Shown: positions 53,181 through 64,000 of the stretch, one piece after another
How positions within the stretch are numbered: position 1 is the first letter of the stretch
How the letters are laid out: every line of letters begins with the position of its first letter
Notes under the pieces: model-generated
Told to the model about the DNA's origin: nothing
The model's database searches: none
What the model saw: the letters and a program-made list of their open reading frames with translations, nothing else
Position numbers and translations under genes: made by a program
Source of the DNA: Haliotis rufescens
Taxonomy: Eukaryota
DNA: 64,000 bases
NCBI RefSeq assembly: GCF_023055435.1
Contig: NW_025963857.1
Location: forward strand, 12,896,001 to 12,960,000
Direction of reading: 5' to 3'

Positions 53181-53602
53181 TCACAGGAACTTTTGTTGTT
53201 GAGTATATTTACATTTTGATGCAAAATCACACATTGACGGTTTCGAGTGGGAAGTGACTGGTCTTGAGCAGCCTTCTGTTTCACATTTCAGGCCAGCCGA
53301 CTTCATCCAAGCGAAGGACTCTGCAGGGTTGATCTTCTCAACACATTGCACATAAACACGATGCAGTGGTCGTTCAGATAGCCTCTCCTTGAAAAACTGA
53401 TTTTGATATGGCACTTCGCTTGGTTCACACTTATTTCTGTACCGTCAAGCAGTACAGAACCATCAACAAAGTCAACACCGACATTGAGATTATGTCCTAC
53501 ATACTTAGCTCGTTTAAGAAAACTGTGGAATGCCTTGTTTTCATCACGAGTCTTGATATGCTTCACAAGACAAATAAATGAGTGCAAAAGTGCACAATAC
53601 AA
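53181..53602 (-). pseudogene. Upstream part of the same RLE-type non-LTR element
   Basis: PLHRVY...ESFAWMKSAGLKCETEG is the motif that precedes the zinc knuckle in R4/Dong-like ORFs, from recall. Confidence 0.65.
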
Positions 53603-54065
53603 TTTTATTAATATTATTTTTATTATTATTAATGTCCTGCTGTCGGTGGGTATATATGATCAAAGCTACATTATCCTTTGAGAATATGCTATGGATATGC
53701 GCTGTGGTTATGAAGAAGAGAGAGTGTTGGGTTTCACGCCTCTTTGAACAGTATTCTAGGTTATCACGGTGTGTCAGCTTGATGTAGGAGGAAAACCCGG
53801 AGTGATATAGGTCTTGATCCTATCTCACTCATGTGTATAGTTTAGTTGGACTCACCTTGACATATCTTTGAAATAACATGTATGGCGTGTTTATGTGCGT
53901 GTTTGTATGTTTGAATGCGTACATGTATTTACCTGCGTGTGCGTTATGTAAGTGCGCGTCAGAACCTAATATTTGCGATGCAGGTCTTTGTTTGAATCTG
54001 CTACAGGACAAATTAATCGGAAATTCTCTAAGAAAGAACTTTCTGGATCAACCAATTTAGGAAGG

Positions 54066-54105
54066 GGTGTGTGTGTGTTTCTGTGTCTGTGTGTGCTTGT
54101 TTGAG

Positions 54106-54140
<35 letters not shown>

Positions 54141-54205
54141 CTGTGTGTGTGTGTGCTTGTGTGAGCTTTTGTGTGCTTGTGTGAGCTTTTGTGTGCTTGT
54201 GTGAG

Positions 54206-54290
<85 letters not shown>
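54066..54290. repeat. (GT)n microsatellite
   Basis: Read directly. Confidence 0.95.
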
Positions 54291-54293
<3 letters not shown>

Positions 54294-55035
54294 GGTAAAA
54301 GCCAATCCCTATACTTCTTCTTAGATATATTTCAGCATTGAATATGTCACCAGTACAATAGCAGACTAATGCTTCTTTGTTGTTTTACGCTGCACTCAGC
54401 AATATTACAGCTATATGGCGGCGGTCTGTAAAAAAATAAATAAATTTGGACCAGACAATCCAGTGATTGACATCATGAGCATTGATCCACGCAATTTGCA
54501 TGAATGCATCAACCAAGTCAGCGAGCCTGACAACCCGATCCTGTAAGTTGCCTTTTACGGAAAGCATGGGTTGCTGAAAACCAAATTCTATCCCAGATCT
54601 TCATGGGTACCCAGACTAATGAAGGGATTCGGTTATTACCATGTGTGAACTGGTTGATTGTTCCTGTAAGGAGTGGACCATTGTCCAGATGATGCACAAG
54701 GTGATTTAGCTATTATATTGCTGACAATGGAATTAAACAACATTCACTCACTCAATCATTATTAATTGATATGTTGTACACACCAAACATTCCCTGGTTT
54801 CCAATCACTCTGGTATGAAATATAAGGTGGAATCTGATTAATAAGTAGTAATTTTGGTATTAATCGATGAAAAATTTGTTTTATTGCACAACACGCATGA
54901 ATATATTTACAGACACTTCGGGAACAATCAAGTGTCCAGTCTTCAATTTTAGGTAAAATCCATTTGCAATTTTCAAAAATGTTGCAAGACGTAATGATTG
55001 TGACTACAGTACTGGGTGTCATGCAATAGGGAATA

Positions 55036-56640
55036 TGACATGGTCACAGAGTGTTCCATCTCGACAACACAACCATGGAGTGTTCCACCTTGAGAACACA
55101 ACCATGGCATGTTCCACCTTGACAACGTGACCATGGAGTGTTCCACCTTGACAACAGGACCATAGAGTGTTCAATCTTGACAACATAACGTAGGTCTGTT
55201 CACAACATGACCTAGGTCTCTGTTTCACCTTGACAACATGACCATGGAGTGAACAGGTTTCACAACACGACCATAGAGTGCTCCATCTTGACAACATGAC
55301 CTAGGTCTGTTCCACCTTCACAACATGACCTTGGTCTGTTCCACCTTCACAACGCGACCATGGAGTGTTTCACCTTGACAACATGACCTACGTCTGTTCC
55401 ACCTTCATACACTACCTGGGCCTGTTCCACCTTGACAACATGACCATGGAGGGTTCCACCTTGACAACACGACCCTAGAGGGTTTCATCTTGACAACATG
55501 ACCTAGGTCTGTTCAACCTTCACAACATGACCTTGGTCTGTTCCACCTTGACAATGCGACCATGGAGTGTTCCACCTTGACAACAAGACCCTAGAGGGTT
55601 TCATCTTGACAACATGACCTAGGTCTGTTCAACCTTCACAACACGACCTAGGCCTGTTCCAACTTGACAACATGACAATCGAGTGAACACGTTTCACAAC
55701 ACGACCCTAGAGTGTGCCATCTTGACAACACGACCATGGCATGTTCCACCTTCACAACATGACCTTGGTCTGTTCCACCTTGACAACATGACCTTTGTCT
55801 GTTCCACCTTGACAACGTGTCCATGGAGTGTTCCACCTTGACAACGTGTCCATGGAGTGTTCCACCTTGACAACGTGACCATGGAGTGTTCCACCTTGAC
55901 AACGTGACCATGGAGTGTTCCACCTTGACAACGTGACCATGGAGTGTTCCACCTTGACAACGTGACCATGGAGTGTTCCACCTTGACAACGTGACCATGG
56001 AGTGTTCCACCTTGACAACGTGACCATGGAGTGTTCCACCTTGACAACACGACCATGGAGTGTTCCAACTTGACAACATGACCATGTAGTGTTCCACTTT
56101 GACAACGTGACCATGGAGTGTTCCACCTTGACAACACGACCTTGGTCTGTTTCATCTTGACAACACGACCATGGAGCGAACGCGTTTCACAACACGACCA
56201 TGGAGTGTTCCGCTTTGACAACACTACCATGGAGTGTTCTACTTTGACAACACTACCATGGAGTGTTTCACAACATGAACATGGAGCGAACACGTTTCAC
56301 AACACAACAATGGTGTGTTCTACTTTGACAACACTACCATGGAGTGGACACATTTAACAACACGACCATGGAGTGAACACGTTTCACAACACGACCATGG
56401 AGTGAATACGTTTCACAACACGTCCATCGAGTGAACACGTTTCACAACACGACCATGGAGTGAACATGTTTCACAACATGACCATCGAGTGAATACGTTT
56501 CACAACACGACCATGGAGTGAACACGTTTCACAACACGACCATGGAGTCAACACGTTTCACAACACGACCATGGAGTCAACACGTTTCACAACACGACTA
56601 TGGCATGTATCAACCTAACAACATGACTATCATGTGTACC
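55036..56640. repeat. 29-bp minisatellite (GTTCCACCTTGACAACGTGACCATGGAGT and variants)
   Basis: 29-bp periodicity with a homogeneous core at ~55800-56050. Confidence 0.95.
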
Positions 56641-57843
56641 ATCTTCACAATACAATCTTGTAATTTCCACCTTGACAACACTTCACATATTTCACATAAT
56701 CAGGGCGTGTAGTCTATAGGCAATGAATGAATCATTGCATTAAATAAACAGCAGATATTCAACAAGATGGCTGTCAATATTAACGAAAATTTACAGAAAA
56801 TATGCATAACAGAAATTTCTTGGGACATACAGCAATGTACAGATGACATTCTCAAATGCTTCATACACAGCTACCCAGTGGTAGACATTAAAACAAACAA
56901 GAGCCTTATAATTGTCAAAACATTCTCGTGAATTCCTATGGATTAAAATCAGTTAGATGTATCTTTAGTACACACATAAAATAGAACTATTCACGAGTTT
57001 CATAAAATTGGTATTACACGACTGCAGTATCTGAAAATGAAGAGAGTCTCTGGGCTCCCCTTTATTATATTTTTATTAAGATAATTGAACAACTGTTTTT
57101 TCTGTACGATATGTTCATTTCAGAGACAAGATGTTAGTCTAAATGCTCTGTATCAGGGCGTGTGTCGTGGCGCACACAAATAGGTGTTTTCCCAACCATA
57201 ACATGAAATAATTATATTACTTTAACTTTTGTCTGTCCAAATTATATGGTCAAGATAATTTCGTTTTTATTTTGAGGCTTTTAACCACACCTATTGAGGA
57301 TTAATTATTTATGTCTTATATTAATGGCGGGTTATGAGTTACTAAACTCAGTATAGTCCTGTATCTGTATAAAATACTCAGCTAACCTTGGCGATGTGAG
57401 ATATTCCCCTTTTTGTTTGTCAAAACACTTGCCACCTGCCTCCGTGGTGGATAGAGCGTCTGCCCGGAGACGGAAGGTCGGTGTTCGATCCCGTTAAAAG
57501 ATGGTACTTGTTGTTATCCTGACTGGCACTCTGTGGGCTAGCGCACTATTATACGGCATTAGTCCGGACTAGTACAAGCGCGCGCACGCACGCACACACA
57601 CATGCACGCACACCCACGCACATATGCATACGTGTCGCTTTAGATAATCGCAATAGTCTTGAATGCGACGTTCAAACCCCCATCAACTAAACACAAGTCT
57701 TGCAACATCTCCATGCATACACGCACGATCGGCGTTTTTTCCTCGACCCTTATATCACAGGGTGGCTGTGGTTGACGGCATACCTCCGTTGAAGACTGAA
57801 TGAGTTATCGTTATGCAGGGCTGCACTACTAAGAATTTATCAC

Positions 57844-57867
57844 AACGAAAGTGAAAATAGATTTCCC
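57844..57867 (+). promoter_or_regulatory. IRF-element/ISRE-like motif (U3 copy)
   Basis: AACGAAAGTGAAAATAGATTTCCC. Confidence 0.4.
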
Positions 57868-58095
57868 AGAACACTGACGCCTGTATGTAGGTCAGACGCA
57901 CAGTGATAACGCCGGGAGTAGGTGACGCAGTGTGCAGACATCCTAGATTCCGACATCAGCACCCAGACACACCCTTCACGTTCCACACAAGTAAGACAAG
58001 TTTATTCAGTGTTTATGTATAATTGCTGTTATCGACGTTTGTTGGTATCCGCGACAGTGCGAGTAATAGAGGTAGGAGAACATAGGGAGATTAAT

Positions 58096-58137
<42 letters not shown>

Positions 58138-58958
58138 TGAACATGTCCTGTTATGTGTTTTCTTCTCTACATGACACTGTATACTTTTGAAACACTAGTA
58201 GGGTGACCTCATCTCGAAGCCACTTGCATTGCTCTGTGTTACCCCAAAACAGACATTGAATAAACTTTGACAATGCAGGGGAGGCAACTCTGAGTTGGCG
58301 TCTGAAGCGAATTTCCTAAAAATCGGTGGCATGTTGTTGTTTAACGCTGCACTCAGCAACGATTGTGAACTGTGGTTTGCTCACTTATTTCATAATTCGG
58401 GATCCGTCTCCGAATTGTATTACACATCAGTGCAAGGGAAGCATGTCTGTTTTGTGCAGTTTTTCACGGACAAGATTCAGTTCGACCCCAAACGAGTTAG
58501 CGACCGGTCATTATATATTTTTTTCAAAGCGATTGGTGATTTTAAGTGTCATACGGTTGGAATTTTCCGAGGTAAGAGTCTGACGCGATTCCCCCTTTTT
58601 CATTCAGTCCTCAAAGAAGACGATTACATTTGGACAGTCATTCATACAGGTAATGATAAACCTATTTTGTTTCATTCAAATACCACTGATATTGTTACTG
58701 TTTATTATTATCATCATTATTATAATTGTTGTTGTTGCTGTTGCTATTGTTATTATAATACAGGCCAGTATATGCTACAGTCTCAAAGTTACATTGAATA
58801 TTTCAAAGATGCAGTTTTGTGACCGATGAATACAGCGATCTTTAAATGTTGGCTTGTGAAGGTGTATGTCCAATGTCTCTGCTTTCAATTGTTTTTTTTA
58901 CTTGATTGCAAGGTGTAATTATGAGATTGTTCATATCCATAGACGCAATTTGTCGACG

Positions 58959-60243
58959 ATGTCATTCATCGGGCGAGGAGGATGTCGCCACTGTGGATGT
59001 AGAGAATACGTGAAGCCACCAGAGGGAGAGAAATGTTACCACTGCAACCACGAGATGGACCTTCACGTCGTCAAATATCAACCACAACCAACTGTTGGGA
59101 CACCAACCAGCAAGACCGGTGAATCATCTGTTCAGAACACAATGGATGCTGCCACGGTGGATGTTAGTCTGATGCACACGGGAGAGGCGTTTGAACAAGG
59201 AGCCCCTGACGTATGTTTCGAAGAGACGTGGGAAGTCCGCGCACCGTCTGACTTGGCGCATGGAGATTTCGTCAAGCCCCATGATAGAGGTGCAGTCATC
59301 ACAAAGCGAGTATCACCAATGACAGGAAAGGATGGAGATATCGGATCTAGTGAAGGTAAAAGTCATTCTACTGCAGCACCAAGATCAATAGATGCGAAGC
59401 CAGACAAAGAACAGTTAAGTCCAGTTCCTAAACGAACAGCGTCTGAGATCAGTACCCCAAAGAGGACACCGATAAAGGCATCCAATGTGTTCGTAGCTCC
59501 AGCACCTTACAATGGACCGGTATGTATTGGTACTTTGTAATAGATGTTTTTATGACATATCATACAAAAGCTATAAAGCTTCGACGTGTGATGATAAACT
59601 TTGAAGATGATGATCATGGTGTTGGTGGTGGATATATGATGTTTGATGATGATGAAGATGATGAAAAAAATACTATTTTTTTTCGGAATACTTTTTTGAA
59701 GACCTTTCAAGTTGATGAGTCCTTAATTCGGAGCCAACACTGTGAATCATCTTGCCCAGTCACCCAAACATGTCTTGGTCATAAACACAGTGTTTGCTTT
59801 GTTTGTAGAAACCATCTTGCTGGCGTCTTAGAATGAGCCATCTTGCCTACGGAACTGAACCCTCAGAAGCACTAAATGGCTCATACAAAATTGCCGAGAA
59901 TGGTCGGACAATCTATGTGGGCAATGCCGAAAGTGCATCAATCAGAAGAGCACTGAGGAGACATTTCAAAGGAATGGACAAACAACACATTGGAGCATAT
60001 CTAAGCACCCTACACGAAGAATACAAAGAGGAATTTATAACAGTGTTTTGGCTTGATATTACCATCAAACATGCCTGTAATTGCAGCTACCTTAAGTGTT
60101 TTGAAAGAATGGAAGGAAGAAAGCCAATGTACAACATGCAGGGCCATGCCTTCATCGCGCGACCAAAGCGAGTCGGTTCTTGTTCTGAATCTGGCCCAGA
60201 TGATCACAAAATGGATACTCATGAAATCAAAAAATCGGAGTAA
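58959..60243 (+). CDS. Cys-finger + GIY-YIG-like protein, paralog 9 (exon 1 58959-59519, exon 2 59809-60243; ~331 aa)
   Basis: Near-identical to paralog 7, with the same splice sites. Confidence 0.85.
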
Positions 60244-61269
60244 AGGATACTTTGCGAACATTTTGAATTTGAAACGGGCAAATGTATTCTCATTTGCATA
60301 AGTTGTGGTTAAATTACTGTTTCTTTGTCTCACCTATTATTTTCATATGACTTGGTTGAGCTGAATAAAGATATCGTCAAAAGGAAGATTAACTTCGTTA
60401 TTATTGTGGTCATATATTTGACATGGCATCAAAAGGGTTGTCGTCACGTTTACTGACATTTTTGGTTATTAATATAGCCAGTCAGCTTATCAGAGTGAGT
60501 GAGTGAATTGAGTTAAACGTCGCTTTTAGCAATATCACGGCGATTGACACCAGAAATAGGCTCCACACATTGTACCCATGTGGGGAATCGAACAAAGAGC
60601 TTCAACGTGACGAGCGAACGACAGACCATTTGTATTGGTTTAAAAGACAGGTTATTGTTTTGGTCACTTATTATTATATAAAAAATATCCTGTCTCGAAC
60701 ACTTACGAAAGGTGAGGGATAAGGGTGTTATATTGTGTAACATTGGTGATTTCGTCATGGCAGTCATATTGTGTGATTCATTATGCATGCTGTTGTCCAT
60801 TAGTTTGTCTTGACCTGGCATGATTGGGAACGGGGCGGTCGGGTAGCCTAGTGGTTAAAGCGTTCGCTCGTCACGCCGAAGACCCGGGTTCGATTCCCGA
60901 CATGGGAAGAATGTACGAAGCCCATTTCTGGTGTCCCCCGCCGTGATATTGCTGGAATATTGCTAAAAGCGGCGTAAAGCCATACTCACTCACTCACTCA
61001 TTCATGATTGGGAACAGGCCACAGGCAGTTATCGCCATAACATTGCTGACTGGTTGAAACAGCATTTTACTCGGTTACATTTCTAAATGACAATATTGTT
61101 TGTGGTAAATTTAAGTATTAATGTTATTTGTTGTTCAAAGCTGCATTCAGCCCAGTTATAGTCCAGCTACATGATGGCGGCTTTTTTAAAACTGTTTTTT
61201 TTCTGTACGATTCCGAGTCGAGCTGTCTAACAAATAGCAAAACCTATTGTATTTGTTCACGTTTCAGAC

Positions 61270-62336
61270 ATGGCAATGTTCACGGACATCAACCGAGACA
61301 AGAGAGGAGTTGTTCGGGGTAGGTGTCGAGACTGCCCCGAGGAATGTTCTCAGTATTCCCAGCCTGTCCTCAGACACAACTGTACATATTGCGGGTGTCC
61401 GGCGGCTCATCATGAGAGGGTGGAACCTCGACCTGAACTCATCATCAAGATAGAACCAGGGAAGGAGGGGGCAGGATCTCCGGGGCGGAGTGATGACCGA
61501 CCACCACGCCGTCCGTCGAGAAGACCGGACGGGTGGTCCAAGGCCCAAGTCCAGCCAAGTACCTCCAGGCGAAATGAGTCGCCCACTGATTCACGACATC
61601 ACCAGTATACATCACGTACAGTAATCCAGGTATTATTTCAACCCGTTAACTTAGCTCTTTAGCTTTAGAAAGTTTTAGAAGTTAGTTTGTCATTCGTGAG
61701 GTTTCATTTTAATGTAACCTTTCCTATATGGCTTATATTGTGTAAGCATCAGTGATGGATGGAGAACATGATTAACTAACGTTTGATCTTAGCTGCGACC
61801 GAGGCTTTGAACATAAGCACGTGCATACGTACGTTATTTGTTGTTACACCACAAACCTATGGAATGGGGGATGAAATTGACTTGATTGAACAGGTTTCTA
61901 TCAGCTGCACTTTTAATATTTAACTTTAATGTTTCAGAAACGTTGTAAGACGTTATTTGTGGATGCTGGCGTCACATATTCTCATCTTCAAGAGAAACTT
62001 ACAAAAACTCAACGCGGCGTGTTCACAATTAAGTGGGAGGGAAAAATAATTTATGTTGGGGAGCCAAAAAAGACGCCCCTATTAACTAACCTTCGTGGTA
62101 TCTTTACTGGTGGAAGCCAACAAGACATCAGCAAGTATTTGAAAAGTTTATCCAACGATTTGAAAGAGAAGCATGTCCGAATCGCTTGGCTGACACACGT
62201 GGATGACGACCCACACTGCAAAACGTGCAGAGAAGGCAAGAGAAAGCTTTCGTATCGACATTGTGTTTCAAATCTGCAAAGCAAGGATCCAAGGAAGGTC
62301 CTCTTGGATCTCAAGAGAAATTTTTCACTCCATTAG
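61270..62336 (+). CDS. Cys-finger + GIY-YIG-like protein, paralog 10 (exon 1 61270-61629, exon 2 61938-62336; ~252 aa)
   Basis: Same architecture as paralogs 6 and 8; intact frames and GT-AG sites. Confidence 0.85.
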
Positions 62337-62939
62337 AATCAAAATGTTTCTCGTGTTTCAACTGACCACTAATTGTAGTGTTTAGTTTGAAACCTTTCTA
62401 CTCCTGGCATCGTCTTTGTAGCTGTATGTCTCTTTATCTCAACAGTCTGTAGCATAATTGTGGTTTTAAGGATTTTCTGGGAAAATATATTTGTAGGTAA
62501 AATCCCAACTCCCCAGTATGCAACAAACCACTCAGGGTATAACAGAAGATTATGATGTTTGAACATGTATTTGGGTGAAGGAAAATGTCACATCTCAAAG
62601 TTCCTTTACCTTTCAAAGCTCTATTTACAAGACATTTCTACATATCTTGTGATAAGAACATTATAATGCTGGGCAGAATGTGAATTAGAATCACCTCATC
62701 ATATTTTGTGTGATCCCCAGTAAGGTGCTCTAGCTTTAGTTGCCAGTGGCATACTGTTTTACTGTCCTTTGTCGATAGGTATTATCAAATAATTAACTTG
62801 TTTTCATCGCAATATTGCCGATGCGATGTAAAATGTTAAGTCGCTCACTCATCATATTTAGATATGATACAACCTGAGGCAAAGGAAATACGAGAGTATC
62901 CAGTAATTTAATATGTACTGTTTCCCTACTTTTGAACTA

Positions 62940-63114
62940 CAGTAAACTACGGTTATAACGAACTCAAAGGAACTACCAATTTTAGTTCGTTATAACCGTA
63001 ATTCGTTATCAGCATATATACAGCATAACTATAGCATATAGTCGGGACTAAAAAGTTAGTTCGTTATATCCGTTAGTTCGTTATAAGCGTGTTCGTTATA
63101 ACCGTAGTTTACTG
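62940..63114. mobile_element. 175-bp MITE with TA flanks (U3 copy)
   Basis: Same TIRs as 49234-49408. Confidence 0.9.
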
Positions 63115-64000
63115 TATGCCTATGAGTATGTGTTATGAGTAGATGCCCGAGCAGGAATAATCCCGAAGGCGTACGTGGGACTTAAAATATCAATCAACGG
63201 TTTATCTGGTTCAGAATCGGTTATCTACGATCGCCGTCATATTGACGTAAACGATTTACATTTGACTTAATCATTATCGTTATAATGACGTCTTTTGCAC
63301 TTTGCATATGTTTTTTTGTTCTCATAATCATATTTTACAGAAAAGACATGGTCTTATCATAACTTGTTTTATAAAAAATATTTCTTTCAAACTTATATTC
63401 AAATAAAATTTGCTCAGAGAGTGTCATCTTTAATCCTGGGGGCACTGTTGCTGAAATTACAGTAGCCTCATACCTCGACAGCGAAAAAGACAAACATAAT
63501 TAGTGAGTGAGTGAGTATGGTTTTACGCAGTTTTTAGCAATATTCCAGCAATATCACGGCGAGGGACACCAGAAATGGGCTACACACATTGTACCCATGT
63601 CGGGAATCGAACCCGGGTCTTCGGCGTGACGAGCGAACGCTTTAACCACTAGGCTACCCGACCGCCCCACAAACATGAATAGGAAAGCAAGGCGGAACAA
63701 TGTGTACTTGTACTGGAGCATGGGAAAGCCAGTACCGTGGATCATGAGATCGACAGATCCGGGGTAGAATAGGTCTTCAGCAACACATGCTTGCCGTAAA
63801 AAGTGACTATGCTTGTCATAAGAGGCGACTAACGAGATTGGATGGTCAGAGTCGCTGACTTGGTTGATACATGTCATCCTATCTCATTTGCGTGGATCGA
63901 TGTTCATGATGTCAATCACTGGATTGTCTGGTCCATACGCTATTATTTACAGACCGCCGTCATATAGCTGGAATTGTGCTGAGTGCGGCGTTAAACAAAC

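Noticed and set aside
55036-56640. CRISPR-like 29-bp repeats
   Set aside because: Head-to-tail units without unique spacers, no cas genes, and a eukaryotic context.

Overview
Eukaryotic, AT-rich, repeat-dense DNA with spliceosomal introns. The SINE, Tc1/mariner and non-LTR content looks molluscan, possibly abalone (Haliotis); this is an inference. The main content is a divergently arranged cluster of 10 paralogous loci: 4 on the minus strand at 1-34 kb and 6 on the plus strand at 36-62 kb, plus a possible decayed 11th copy at about 29 kb. Nine loci have two coding exons joined by a phase-0 GT-AG intron, and one (36.8 kb) has lost exon 1. In eight loci, exon 1 encodes a Cys/His-rich putative zinc finger followed by a low-complexity linker. 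Exon 2 always encodes a divergent GIY-YIG-like domain, e.g. GVYKIAYKHKTIYIG. By manual alignment every copy has replaced the canonical catalytic Arg, so these may be pseudo-nucleases. The cluster grew by tandem segmental duplication: a minus-strand unit twice and a plus-strand two-gene unit three times. Two copies end in a CaaX box, and two have an IRF/ISRE-like upstream motif. The rest of the window is SINEs of four families, MITEs, decayed Tc1 and mariner elements, LINE fragments, two minisatellites and two assembly gaps.
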